Notes: a model not told the origin generated them from the letters alone. Positions 1-10,131 are shown, counted from the first letter of the stretch. The stretch is DNA of 64,000 nt from Myxococcota bacterium (GCA_965250285.1 OZ252299.1:4096001-4160000), one strand, 5' to 3'. Program-made: numbers and translations.

Positions 1-838
1 TGAACTCGACGTCGACGCGGCCGCCCTGGAGCGTGGCCGCGCCTCCCTGGAAGAAGAGCGAAACGGCGCCCTGCTTGCCATCGAGCAGGTGGTAGGTGAG
101 GATGCTCTGAAGCAGCGGGATGTCATTCTTCACCGCATCGAGCGTGTCCTGGCCGAGCAACGCGAAGGCGTCGTCGGTCGGAGCGAAGAGCGTGAACGGA
201 CCGCCGTTGACCGCCGTGTCGGCGAGGCCGGCCGTGACCACGAGGTCGATGAGGGTGCCGAAACGACCGTCGAGGGCGAGCACGTCGACGAGGCTCTCGA
301 CCTCGAAGTCTTCCGCATCGGGGATCAGCACCTCGCCGATCACGTGCGCACGGCCGTTCGTGGCGCGCACGTCCTCGATCAGAATCTCGATGCCGTTCAC
401 GCGAATCGCGCGGCTGTCGCGAATCGCAACCACCGGCTGTCCCTGCAGCGTCGAGAAGACCGTGTCGTGCTTGAGCGTCCAGCTCGGCACGTCGCCGGGC
501 AGCACGTGGTAGAGCAGCACCTTCTCGAGCTCGTCCGGATCGGCGACCAACGAATCGAGGACACCGTCGGGCAGCGCATCGAACGCGTCGTCGGTGGGCG
601 TGAAGACGGTCAGCGCATCGGCGTCGGCCACCACACCCTTCAGGCCCGTCGCTTCGAGCGCGAAGAGCAGCGTGCCGAAGCGGCCGTCTGCCTCCAGGGT
701 CTCGATCAGGTCGAGGGTCGGCGCGGGACCGCGACGGAAGCGCGCATCGGCCGAGGGTGCAGAGACCAGGACGGCAAAGGCGACCAGGCCGAGCACCGCT
801 GCGCGGCCGAGTCGAAGGGAACGGGGATGGACGTGCAT
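1..838 (-). CDS. Secreted tandem fasciclin (FAS1) domain protein, runs off the window start
   Basis: Not in ORF track; manual translation from ATG 838 (AGGAG upstream): signal peptide, then LTVFTPTDDAFDALP..VLLYHVLPG..ATNGRAHVIGEVLIP and second repeat PFTLFAPTDDAF..ILTYHLL (FAS1 H1/YH/H2 motifs). Confidence 0.9.
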   Translation of the reverse strand, partial: MHVHPRSLRLGRAAVLGLVAFAVLVSAPSADARFRRGPAPTLDLIETLEADGRFGTLLFALEATGLKGVVADADALTVFTPTDDAFDALPDGVLDSLVADPDELEKVLLYHVLPGDVPSWTLKHDTVFSTLQGQPVVAIRDSRAIRVNGIEILIEDVRATNGRAHVIGEVLIPDAEDFEVESLVDVLALDGRFGTLIDLVVTAGLADTAVNGGPFTLFAPTDDAFALLGQDTLDAVKNDIPLLQSILTYHLLDGKQGAVSLFFQGGAATLQGGRVDVEF

Positions 839-1156
839 TGCTTCTCCTAACCGGAAACGAACCGGTATGTTCATATTTAATCTACACGTAGATGCTCTTT
901 GTCCGTACATGACACGGATCTGTCTCGGATTTATTCCATTTTTAGTGTACAGATTCGCCGAAAATCCAATCCGCTCGTAGGTTTCCAGGCGGCTCTGCGC
1001 CCTCCACAATTTTCTGTCCAGATCATCGATTCGTGCTTTTTTGGGCCTGAATGGGTCGATCGTCGCGCGATCGGGGCGGATGCCGTTGGCCGCGAATCTG
1101 GACCGAACCCGCCTGCGACCGTGCCCGACCGGAGAGCGCCTGCGTACACTCCGCCC

Positions 1157-1678
1157 ATGCCGAACACCCGGAAGCAACACTTCGTCGAGGAGCTGAAGCG
1201 CCACTACGGCGAGATCATTGCGGGCGCGCGACAGGCCGAGCTCGGCACCGCCGACGCCGCCGACACCCTGCAGAAGGAGTCGCGCAGCCGGGACGAGGCC
1301 AAGCAGGCCGCCGAGTTCGGGCGCGTCTCGGTGACGCACAGAAAACGACGAGAGCGCGCCGTGCGCGACGTCGATGCTCTGATCGACTTCGTCGGACCGG
1401 GTCTGCGCGACCTGCCCCGCAACGCCAAGGTTCAGCTCGGCGCGTTCGTCGACGTGAGCATCGAGGACGGGGAAGGCGAGAGCGAAGAACGTACGTTCTT
1501 CGTGTTGCCGGTCGGCGCGGGGACCGAGCTCAGCGGCCCGGGCGGTGATGGCTTCGTCTCGGTCGTCACGCCGCAGTCGCCGGTCGGCAAGGGGCTCATG
1601 GGCTCGATGGTGGGCGACAGCTTCGAGATCTCGACGGGCGACGTCGACCGAGAGTGGACCGTCCTCGACATCGGCTGA
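1157..1678 (+). CDS. GreA/GreB-family C-terminal domain protein (Gre-like factor)
   Basis: N-terminal helical region, then VQLGAFVDV..VSVVTPQSPVGKGLMG..VGDSFEI typical of the GreA/B C-terminal domain; start moved to ATG 1157. Confidence 0.75.
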   Translation: MPNTRKQHFVEELKRHYGEIIAGARQAELGTADAADTLQKESRSRDEAKQAAEFGRVSVTHRKRRERAVRDVDALIDFVGPGLRDLPRNAKVQLGAFVDVSIEDGEGESEERTFFVLPVGAGTELSGPGGDGFVSVVTPQSPVGKGLMGSMVGDSFEISTGDVDREWTVLDIG

Positions 1679-1871
1679 CCGCACCTGAGACCGCCCGGGT
1701 CGACCCACGCCCCGGCGCCGTCCCCACGCCGACGTGCACGACCGGACACGGCGACGCCGGCCGCTCGATTCACCCGGTTCGGGTTCTCGCCTGCACGAGC
1801 GGCGCACAATCGCACGCGACCCTCTCGAGTCATTCGCTGCCCTTCGCGGCAGCTTCGACTCGGAGGACCGC

Positions 1872-2399
1872 ATGTCCGCTTCGATCCACTCTTCACCTCT
1901 TCGAACGCCCCCTCGTCCTTCGAAACGGGTGCTCGAGCTGTGCGCGCGCATCGCGCGCTTCGTGGCTCGCCAGGCGCTCGTCTTCGCTTCGCTGGTTGCG
2001 ACGCTCGCGCTCGGTATCGGCTCGCAGGTCTATGACGGCCCGGGCGCCCGCTTTGTGGCCCGCGACGTCTCGGCCGCGATCTATGCCCTCGCCTGGTGCT
2101 TCGGCCTCGCCTTGATGCTCTGGCGATGGCCGCCTCGGGCCGTGGGCGTCGGGGCGCTCGCGGTTTGCTTCGCGGTCGAGCTGAGCCAGCTCTGGCATCC
2201 GCACTGGCTCGAGGTCGGGCGCGCGACCTGGCCCGGTCGGCTCGTGCTCGGCAGCACGTTCATGTGGAGCGATCTCGCGTGGTCGGTCGTCGGGGTCGGC
2301 GTCGGCCTCATCTGGCTGCGTTGCCTGCCCTTCGCTCGCGGGTCGCAGACCGCGATCACCGACGACTTCGTCCGACCACTCGGTGTGCGCCCGCTCTGA
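1872..2399 (+). CDS. DUF2809-like membrane protein
   Basis: GGAGG RBS; hydrophobic helices; VELSQLWH..LEVGRATWPGRLVLGSTFMWSDL pattern recalled for DUF2809. Confidence 0.75.
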   Translation: MSASIHSSPLRTPPRPSKRVLELCARIARFVARQALVFASLVATLALGIGSQVYDGPGARFVARDVSAAIYALAWCFGLALMLWRWPPRAVGVGALAVCFAVELSQLWHPHWLEVGRATWPGRLVLGSTFMWSDLAWSVVGVGVGLIWLRCLPFARGSQTAITDDFVRPLGVRPL

Positions 2400-2476
2400 C
2401 GAAGGCCAGCGCCACGTCGATCCAGGACGCGTGGATCGGTGGCCCGGTCGTTGACCGGCAGATCGCACGCAGCGTT

Positions 2477-2493
2477 TGCACGGTTTCTGCACG
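2477..2493 (+). promoter_or_regulatory. TGCAC-N6-TGCAC direct repeat, candidate OmpR/CreB-family binding site
   Basis: TGCACG at 2477 and 2488 (11-bp spacing) upstream of the exosortase operon; related TGCAC-N6-CGCAC at 1792-1807. Confidence 0.4.
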
Positions 2494-2559
2494 AACCCGC
2501 CCGCGTCTCGCCCAGGCTCATTCATCCCCGCCGCACGGGCGCATCGCACCCTGCCCCTC

Positions 2560-4098
2560 ATGCCGCGATCCCCCCGTATCCGCCTGAGCCGCTTCGCCGG
2601 CGAACCCATGGGTGCCCGCCCGCGCAGCTTCGCGTTCTGGCTCGCCGGCCCGGGCCTCGCCGCCCTGGTCATCGAGCCGGCCGTCTGGCTCGGCCGAAGC
2701 TGGCTCGACCCCTCGTATCAGAGCGACGGCTGGATCGTGGCCGCGATCACCGCGGCTTTGCTGCTCGCGTCCTTCGCGAGCGGCTCGGCGCCGCCCGATC
2801 GCCGAGACCGCCGGCGCGCCCTCGTCGCCCTCGCAGCCACCGCCGGCGTTCGACTCATCGGGCGCCTGCTCGCGGTCCACACCATCGGCGCACTGGCGCT
2901 CGTCGTGGACGTCTGGGCCGTGGCCGTACTCGTCGGCGTGCGACGTCGGCCCTTCGCGCTGCAGCCCGTCGGCCTCGCGCTCTTCTTCGCGCTGGCGCTG
3001 CCCGTCGAACACCTCGCCCAGCGACTGCTCGGCCATCCACTCCAGCGCGCGGCAGCGACGACCTCGGAGTGGGTTCTCGCGCCCTTCTTCCCCGAGCTCA
3101 CCCGCGAAGGCGTGCTGCTGGTGCATCCCGACGCGATGCTCGCCGTCGACCTGCCGTGCAGCGGCGCGCGCGGTCTGGTCCTGCTGACGGCCCTCGCCCT
3201 CGGGCTTTGGACGTGTCGCGCGCCCGGGGTGCGGGGCACGATCGCGGGCTCGGCTGCCGTCGTCCTGGGCGCTTTCGCCGCGAACACGCTGCGCATCATC
3301 GCGCTCTTCATCGGCGGGGTCGTTCACGTCCCGGTGATCGAGGAGCCCTGGCATTCGGCGATGGGCGCGCTGGTTCTCGCGATCGGGGCCGCGCCTCTGC
3401 TCCTGATCGCGATGCGCGCGCCCGCACGGCGACCCACCCGCCCGCCCCTGTCGGCCGGGCTCGGCAGTGGCGCGCCTTCTGGCCATCACCGGTCGATGCC
3501 ATGGCCGCTGGCACTCGCCGTCAGCCTGATCGGCCTCGGCATCGCGTTCGCGCCCGAGCGGCCCCTCGACGTCTCGGGCCCCGTCGAACCTCGAAGACTG
3601 CCGACGACGCTCGGCCGCTTCGTTGGCCTCGAAGTGCCGCTTCGCGAGCGCGAGGCGATCTACTACACGCGCTTCGGCGGCTACGCGCAGAAACGCATCT
3701 ACGATGACGGCGGCGGCGACGCGATCACCGCCCTGCTCGTGCGCACGCGTTCACCGCTGCGACACCTGCATGGCCCCGAGGCCTGCCTGACCGGCGCGGG
3801 GCACGACGTGACGCGCCTCGGCGTGGTGCCCGGCGCGACGCCCGCCGTCGTCTACCGAAGCATCGACGCACAGGGCCGGCCCTGGCGAATCGAGGCGAGC
3901 TTCGTGAGCGATCGCGGCGAGGTGGCGACCAGCGTGTCCGAGGTGGTCTGGCGCTGGCTCGAATACCCCGACGCCGCGTGGAGCCTGGTCGAACGCATCA
4001 CACCCTGGTCGACGTGCGAGCGCACGCCCGGCCGTTGCCGCGAGCTCGAGACTGCGCTCTTCGCGAGCCTCGATCTCCCCGTGGAGAGACGCCCATGA
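2560..4098 (+). CDS. Exosortase/archaeosortase-family transpeptidase with C-terminal EpsI-like extension
   Basis: Multi-TM; catalytic Cys-Arg-His motifs DLPCSG, ANTLRI, EPWHS; C-terminal HLHGPEACL; start 2560 or 2608. Confidence 0.85.
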   Translation: MPRSPRIRLSRFAGEPMGARPRSFAFWLAGPGLAALVIEPAVWLGRSWLDPSYQSDGWIVAAITAALLLASFASGSAPPDRRDRRRALVALAATAGVRLIGRLLAVHTIGALALVVDVWAVAVLVGVRRRPFALQPVGLALFFALALPVEHLAQRLLGHPLQRAAATTSEWVLAPFFPELTREGVLLVHPDAMLAVDLPCSGARGLVLLTALALGLWTCRAPGVRGTIAGSAAVVLGAFAANTLRIIALFIGGVVHVPVIEEPWHSAMGALVLAIGAAPLLLIAMRAPARRPTRPPLSAGLGSGAPSGHHRSMPWPLALAVSLIGLGIAFAPERPLDVSGPVEPRRLPTTLGRFVGLEVPLREREAIYYTRFGGYAQKRIYDDGGGDAITALLVRTRSPLRHLHGPEACLTGAGHDVTRLGVVPGATPAVVYRSIDAQGRPWRIEASFVSDRGEVATSVSEVVWRWLEYPDAAWSLVERITPWSTCERTPGRCRELETALFASLDLPVERRP

Positions 4099-6389
4099 AC
4101 ACACCCATCCTTCGCTGCGTCGGTGCGCGTGCACCGATCGAAACCCGCGCGCGCGAACGCTTCGTTCTACGTGCATGGGTCGCTCTCATGATCGCGACGG
4201 CATGCTCGATCGCGATCGGCGCGACCTCGGTGCAGGCAAGCCCGCACGACGGCACCCGACCCGAGCTCGTCGCAATCATCGACGGAAACGAGGTGCCGCT
4301 GCCGACCCTCGCGCTCGACATGAAGGCGAAGATCCAGGGGGATCTCGCGACGGTGATCCTGAGCCAGACGTTCGAGAACCCGAACGATGTGCCGATCCAC
4401 GCGCGATACATGTTCCCGCTGCCGCCCGACGCGGCGGTCTTTGCGATGCGCTTCATCTCGGGTGACCAGATGATCGAAGCCGAGATTCGCGAGAAGCAGG
4501 AGGCGCGCGCCGTCTTCGAAGCCGCGAAGAAACGCGGCAATCAGGCGGCCCTCACCGAGCAGCATCGCCCGAACGTGTTCACGCAGGAGGTCGCGAACCT
4601 CACGCCCGGCTCGCGCGTACGGGTCGAGCTCGAGTACGCGCACGTCGTCGACAAAGAGCACGGCGACTACCGGTTCCACTTTCCGATGGTCGTCGGTCCC
4701 CGCTTCGTTCCACTCGCGCCTTCCGGGGGGAGCGCGGGTGCCCCCACCCGAGTGCCCGGAGAACCCGAGGCACTCGAGGTGGGGGTCTGGAACCTGCCGC
4801 CGACGATGCCCGTCGCACCGCCCGATCGCGTCGACCGCGATCGCGTCTCGATTCACGTCGAGCTCGACGGCGGGCTCCCGGTGCGCGAGCTCACGAGCCC
4901 GAGTCATCCGCTGAAGGTCGAGCAGGACGGGCGGAGCAAGCGGACGATCACGCTCGGCGAGGGGCGCACGCTCGACAACCAGGACTTCGAGCTGCACTAC
5001 CACCTGGCCGATGACGACGTCGCCGCGGGGGTCACGAGCTTCGCAGACGGCGGCGACGGCTACTTCTCGTTGCTGATCGAGCCGCCCGACGAGGTCGCCG
5101 ACGGCCGGATCGCTCGGCGTGAGATGGTCTTCGTGCTCGACTGCTCGGGTAGCATGTCGGGCGTACCGATGGCGGCCTCGAAGCGCTTCATGCGCCGAAG
5201 CCTCGCGGGCCTGCGACCGGGCGACGCATTTCGCATCATCCGCTTCAGCGACTCGGCGACGGCGTGGAGCGAACAGCCGCTCCCCGCGACGCCCGAGAAC
5301 GTGCGAGACGGGCTGCGCTACGTCGACTCGCTCTTCGGCAGCGGCGGCACGCACATGGCGAGCGGCATTAGCGCCGCACTCGCGCCGGCTGTGCAAGAGG
5401 GCCGCGTGCGACTCGTCGTGTTCCTGACCGACGGCTACATCGGGAACGACATCGAGATCGTACGCCTGCTCGAAGCCGAACGCGGCGAGGCGCGCCTGTT
5501 CTCGTTCGGCATCGGAAACAGCGTCAACCGCTACCTGATCGAAGAGATGGGCCGCGTGGGGCGCGGCGCTTCGCGCATGGTGCGCCCCGACGCCGATGCC
5601 GAGCAGGCCGCCGACGAGCTGGTCGCCCGCTTGGACGCGCCCGTCCTGACCGACATCGAGATCGACTGGGGCGACGCCGATATCGCCGACGTCTTTCCGC
5701 GCGAGATCCCCGATCTCTTCGCGGGGCAGACCGTTCGAGTGATGGGCCGATACGAAGCGCACGGTCGGCACCGGGCCATGATCCACGGTCGGATCGCCGG
5801 GGCACCGGTGAAGCTGCCCATCGATCTCGATCTGCCCGCACACGAGACGGGGGTCGAGGGCCGCGCCATTCCGATCATCTGGGCGCGCTCCCAGATCGAG
5901 GACCGCATGATCGAGTTCATCTCGCCCGCATCCGATCAAGAGGACCGCGACGCGCTGCAGGCCGAGGTGACCCGCCTCGGGCTGACCCATCGCCTGCTGA
6001 CCCAGTGGACCTCGTTCGTCGCCGTGGCGCGCGAGGTCGTGAACCCCGGCGGCGAAGGGTTCGACGCCGACGTCGAGGTGCCCCAGGTCGAAGGCGTCGC
6101 CGAAGCCGCGTATCCGCCCGGCGCGGTCCCGACGTCACCCGGGGCGAGCGCCGTCGCCGCGTCGAGCCCGACGAGCGAATCGGAGACGAGCGGCTTCGAC
6201 TTCGGCCCGGCCGCCGGCAAGGGGGCGCTCGCGCCCGCAGCGCCCGTCTTCCACGGCGCGCTGCAGCTCGTTGCGCAGAACGGGTTCACGGGCGCGTCGG
6301 GTCCGGAGCCCTCCACCTGGCTCGCGCTCACGGCGATCGGGCTCGTCGGCAGCGTGTTGTGGTGGCGCCGCACTACGGCAAACTCGTAG
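4095..6389 (+). CDS. VIT + vWA domain protein with PEP-CTERM sorting signal
   Basis: ATGA overlap with exosortase; VIT (QTFENP..YMFPLPPDAAV), vWA MIDAS VFVLDCSGSM, FLTDG; C-terminus GPEPSTWLALTAIGLVGSVLWWRR. Confidence 0.92.
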   Translation: MNTPILRCVGARAPIETRARERFVLRAWVALMIATACSIAIGATSVQASPHDGTRPELVAIIDGNEVPLPTLALDMKAKIQGDLATVILSQTFENPNDVPIHARYMFPLPPDAAVFAMRFISGDQMIEAEIREKQEARAVFEAAKKRGNQAALTEQHRPNVFTQEVANLTPGSRVRVELEYAHVVDKEHGDYRFHFPMVVGPRFVPLAPSGGSAGAPTRVPGEPEALEVGVWNLPPTMPVAPPDRVDRDRVSIHVELDGGLPVRELTSPSHPLKVEQDGRSKRTITLGEGRTLDNQDFELHYHLADDDVAAGVTSFADGGDGYFSLLIEPPDEVADGRIARREMVFVLDCSGSMSGVPMAASKRFMRRSLAGLRPGDAFRIIRFSDSATAWSEQPLPATPENVRDGLRYVDSLFGSGGTHMASGISAALAPAVQEGRVRLVVFLTDGYIGNDIEIVRLLEAERGEARLFSFGIGNSVNRYLIEEMGRVGRGASRMVRPDADAEQAADELVARLDAPVLTDIEIDWGDADIADVFPREIPDLFAGQTVRVMGRYEAHGRHRAMIHGRIAGAPVKLPIDLDLPAHETGVEGRAIPIIWARSQIEDRMIEFISPASDQEDRDALQAEVTRLGLTHRLLTQWTSFVAVAREVVNPGGEGFDADVEVPQVEGVAEAAYPPGAVPTSPGASAVAASSPTSESETSGFDFGPAAGKGALAPAAPVFHGALQLVAQNGFTGASGPEPSTWLALTAIGLVGSVLWWRRTTANS

Positions 6390-6405
6390 CGGGGGAGAGA
6401 CCGGC

Positions 6406-7122
6406 ATGGCCCGCATTCTCGTCGTCGACGATGACGCTCACATTCGCGAGGTGGTCTGCTTCGCGCTGGAGAAGGCGGGCCATGCAACGAGCGAAGCGGC
6501 GGATGGCCGGGCGGCGCTGGACGCGTTCGCCCGGTCGCCCGCCGAGCTCGTCGTCCTCGACATCCTCATGCCCGAGGTCGACGGACTCGAGGTCTGCCGT
6601 GAGCTGCGCCGCGAGAGCGATGTCCCCATTCTCTTCCTGTCGAGTCGCGACGAAGAGCTCGACCGGGTGCTCGGCCTCGAGATGGGCGCCGACGACTATG
6701 TCGTGAAGCCGTTCTCGCCGCGCGAACTCGTCGCGCGGGTGAAGGGCATCCTCAGGCGGGCGCAGCGACGCAACGCGCCCCCGACGGGCGAGGCGGGCGA
6801 CCGCGAGCATGTGATCGAGCTCGGACCGCTGCGCATGGATCTGCAGCGCTTCGAGTGCACGTGGGAGGGTGTGCCGATCACGCTGACCGTCACCGAGTTC
6901 GGTCTGCTGCAATCGCTGCTGGGGATGCCCGGCAAGGTCTACACCCGCGACGAGCTCGTCGACCGGGCCTATGGCGATGGCCACCACATCACCGACCGCA
7001 CGGTGGACAGCCATATCCGTCGCATCCGAAAGAAGTTCAAGGCCGCCGGCGGCGAGCCGGTCGAGACGGTGTACGGACTCGGCTATCGCATTCGGCTCGA
7101 GCCGGGCGACGCGACCCCGTGA
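6406..7122 (+). CDS. OmpR-family response regulator (CreB-like)
   Basis: ILVVDDD, VLDILMPEVDG, GADDYVVKPFSPREL, RTVDSHIRRIRKK..ETVYGLGY. Confidence 0.95.
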   Translation: MARILVVDDDAHIREVVCFALEKAGHATSEAADGRAALDAFARSPAELVVLDILMPEVDGLEVCRELRRESDVPILFLSSRDEELDRVLGLEMGADDYVVKPFSPRELVARVKGILRRAQRRNAPPTGEAGDREHVIELGPLRMDLQRFECTWEGVPITLTVTEFGLLQSLLGMPGKVYTRDELVDRAYGDGHHITDRTVDSHIRRIRKKFKAAGGEPVETVYGLGYRIRLEPGDATP

Positions 7123-8726
7123 GACGCGCACCCGGGGCGGGCGAAGCGGCGGGCGGCGAAGCGGCCGGCCGCTGGCGCCCGCGCATCGGGATCCGCGAGC
7201 TGCTGCTCGCGGTGAATGCGTTCGCCCTGCTGGTGCCGCTCGGCGCCATCGTGCTGCTGCGCATCTTCGACGATCAGCTGATTCGCCGCACCGAGGCTCA
7301 GCTGATCGGTCAGTCGGTGTTGATCGCCGAAGCCTGGCGCGAGGCGTGGCTGCGTGAGTCGGGCCTGTCGCCCGAGAACGCCCCCGACTGGATGCCCCCC
7401 TCGGCGAAGGGCCGAACCTACTTCGCACTCGAGCCGATCTTGAGTCTCGACCAGGGTGTGCTGCCACCGACCCCGGACGAGCCGGCGCGGGTCGGTTCGG
7501 CACGGCAAGGGGCCGCCTGGCGCGCCGGTCGGGCGATCGAGCCGGTGCTCGAACGGGCCGTGCGGATGAATCTGTCGAGCGCCCGGGTGCTCGACGACCA
7601 GGGTTGCGTGGTGGCGTCGAGCGGATCCCAGCTCGCGGCCTGCTTCGGCGACCTCGCCGAGGTGCGCGGCGCCCTCGAAGGCCACTATGCGGCCGTGCTG
7701 CGTCACCGCGTCAGCGACGATCCGGCGCCGGCCTACGACAGCATCAGCCGACGCGGACGCGTGCGCGTCTATACGGCGCTCCCTGTGCTCGCTGACGGCG
7801 AGGTGATCGGCATCGTGCGCATGTCGCGCACGGCGATCGATCCGGGCAAGGCGCTCTGGTTCGATCGCTACCGGCTGCTCGCGGTCCTCGTCGGGTGCGC
7901 CGTCGGTACGGCCGCACTCTCGCTCTTTCTGTCTCGCACGATCGTCCGGCCGCTGCGGGCCATCACGCGCGTCGCGCGCGACATCGCGAGCGGCGCAGGG
8001 CGCGAGCCCGTTGCCCTCTCACGGTTGGCTCCCGACGAGCTTCGCGAGGTGAGCGATGCCCTCGATCAGATGATCGACCAGCTCTCGGACCGCGCCGAGT
8101 ACATCGCCGAGTTTGCCGCCACGGTGAGCCACGAGCTCAAGACGCCGATCACCGGCATTCGCGGCGCTTCCGAGCTGCTCGCCGAGCAGTGGGACGAGAT
8201 GAGCGACGGCGAGCGACGGCGGTTCATCGACAACATCCAGAGCGACGCCGACCGCATGGAGCGCCTCGTCACGCGGCTCCTGCATCTCGCGCGCATCCAG
8301 AGCGCGCCCGAACAGGTCGAAGACATCGACCTCGACGCGTTCTGTCGCGGGCTCGCTGAGCGCTACGGCCCGGGTCTCGCGATCGAGGTCGAGCGTCCGG
8401 GCCTGCACGTGCGCATCCAACCCGAGCACCTCGAATCAGCACTTCGCAATCTGCTCGACAACGCGTTTCGGCACGGCGCCGGTCAGCCCGTCGGGCTCCA
8501 CATCGGCGCGCGCGGCGAACGCCTGGCGGTCCACGTGACCGATCATGGGCCGGGCATCAGCGAAGGCAACCGCGACCGCGTGTTTCAGCGGTTCTTCACG
8601 ACGGAGCGCGACAACGGCGGCACCGGGCTCGGTTTGGCGATCGTGCGCGCCGTCGCCGAGATGCGGGGCGGATCGCTGACGTTCGAGACGAGCGACGCCG
8701 GCACCACGTTCGAGCTGTTGCTCTAG
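7119..8726 (+). CDS. HAMP-domain sensor histidine kinase (CreC-like)
   Basis: GTGA overlap with regulator; two TMs, HAMP, H-box VSHELKTP, NLLDNA, DHGPGI, GGTGLGLAI. Confidence 0.93.
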   Translation: MRRAPGAGEAAGGEAAGRWRPRIGIRELLLAVNAFALLVPLGAIVLLRIFDDQLIRRTEAQLIGQSVLIAEAWREAWLRESGLSPENAPDWMPPSAKGRTYFALEPILSLDQGVLPPTPDEPARVGSARQGAAWRAGRAIEPVLERAVRMNLSSARVLDDQGCVVASSGSQLAACFGDLAEVRGALEGHYAAVLRHRVSDDPAPAYDSISRRGRVRVYTALPVLADGEVIGIVRMSRTAIDPGKALWFDRYRLLAVLVGCAVGTAALSLFLSRTIVRPLRAITRVARDIASGAGREPVALSRLAPDELREVSDALDQMIDQLSDRAEYIAEFAATVSHELKTPITGIRGASELLAEQWDEMSDGERRRFIDNIQSDADRMERLVTRLLHLARIQSAPEQVEDIDLDAFCRGLAERYGPGLAIEVERPGLHVRIQPEHLESALRNLLDNAFRHGAGQPVGLHIGARGERLAVHVTDHGPGISEGNRDRVFQRFFTTERDNGGTGLGLAIVRAVAEMRGGSLTFETSDAGTTFELLL

Positions 8727-8752
8727 CCAGGCCGCCGGACCGCCGCGGCAGC

Positions 8753-9595
8753 CTAGAAGGGCTTGTCGCCCGCGATGGTCACGCGCTCGACGCGACGCAC
8801 GGCCGGCCTATAGTCGAAGGCGGCGTAGTGCTGTACGGCGCGGTTGTCCCAGAAGGCCACCGAGTTCTTTCGCCAGCGAAAGCGGCACTGGTATTCGGGC
8901 ACGGCGGCCTGGCGATAGAGCATGCGGAGCAGGCGCTCGCTCTCTTCGGGCTCGACATCGAGGATATGCGTCGTGAACGCCGCGTTCACGTAGAGCCCCT
9001 TGCGACCCGTTTCGGGATGCGTGCGAACGACGGGGTGCACCGCATCGGGGTACTGCGCCTCGAACGCGGCGCGCTTCTCTTCGTCCATGTTCTTCGCAAA
9101 GACCCGGGTGAAGCTGTGGTTCGCCCGCGCGCCGTCGATGCGCTCCTTGATCTCGTCGGGCAGGCGCTCGAAGGCCGAGATCATGTCGGCGAAGAGCGTG
9201 TCTCCGCCCACATCCGGGATGATCCGCCCGCGCAGGATCGAGCCGAGCGAAGGCTCTTTGCGCCACGTGACGTCGCTGTGCCAGGTATTCTGGCCCGCCT
9301 TCGAGTTCTCGTCGTGATGAATGATCACGACCTCGGGGAAGTCCTCCCGGTTCGGGGTGAAGGGATGGATCTCGAGCTCACCGAAGCGGCGGCCGAACTC
9401 GACATGCTCGCCGACCTCAACGTCCTGATCTCGAAAGAAGATGACCTTCCAGTCGAGCAGGGCCTGTCGAATCTCCTTGATCTGCACATCGGTGGCATCG
9501 CCGTTCATCCGAAAGCCACCGACTTCGGCGCCGATGGTCGGCGTCATCGGGGCCACGGTGATGCTCTCGTAGTCGCGGGTGATCGGCGTCGTCAT
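8753..9595 (-). CDS. TauD/TfdA family Fe(II)/2-oxoglutarate dioxygenase
   Basis: WHSDVT, GGDTLF, HPVVRTHPETGRK, WDNRAVQH. Confidence 0.95.
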   Translation of the reverse strand: MTTPITRDYESITVAPMTPTIGAEVGGFRMNGDATDVQIKEIRQALLDWKVIFFRDQDVEVGEHVEFGRRFGELEIHPFTPNREDFPEVVIIHHDENSKAGQNTWHSDVTWRKEPSLGSILRGRIIPDVGGDTLFADMISAFERLPDEIKERIDGARANHSFTRVFAKNMDEEKRAAFEAQYPDAVHPVVRTHPETGRKGLYVNAAFTTHILDVEPEESERLLRMLYRQAAVPEYQCRFRWRKNSVAFWDNRAVQHYAAFDYRPAVRRVERVTIAGDKPF

Positions 9596-9675
9596 GGTCG
9601 ATTCTCCATCGCTCGGCGTCTCGGTGTCGGTCGGGTCACGTGATCACCGCGCGCTGCGCGGGCGGGACGCCGCGA

Positions 9676-10131
9676 TCAGGTGAACTGCCATCGGCGCTTC
9701 GGGGGCGCAGCGGTCTCGATCACCTGGACGTCGAACCAGATGGGCAGCAGATAGCGGAAGTAGAAGGCGTGGGTGGTGACGTCACCGACGACGAGATCTT
9801 CGTACTCCTTCACCTGAACGCGATCGTCTCGCTGCTGCCACGCATGCACACGGGCGAGCTTGTCGTCGACGACTGCGCGGTCGTCGTAGAGAAACCCGAG
9901 ATGATCGTAGCCGGGCGACTCGATGTGAACGTCTTGCTCCATGAGCAGCAGAAACTGGCTGGTCTCGTCGTCGGTGCGGAGCAATAGACCGGTCTTGCCG
10001 AAGAGCGGAACCTCGAGGGCATCGAAGCCGAAGACGTCGCCGTAGAAAGCCTTGATGTCGGCGCGCGCCTGCTCGTCGAGCGCGCCCTCGGGCATCGTCA
10101 GCTCCATGTGATTGAATCGGAGTTCGGGCAT
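9676..10131 (-). CDS. VOC/glyoxalase-like protein
   Basis: FNHMELT..FYGDVFGF..DHLGF pattern; GAGG RBS. Confidence 0.65.
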   Translation of the reverse strand: MPELRFNHMELTMPEGALDEQARADIKAFYGDVFGFDALEVPLFGKTGLLLRTDDETSQFLLLMEQDVHIESPGYDHLGFLYDDRAVVDDKLARVHAWQQRDDRVQVKEYEDLVVGDVTTHAFYFRYLLPIWFDVQVIETAAPPKRRWQFT

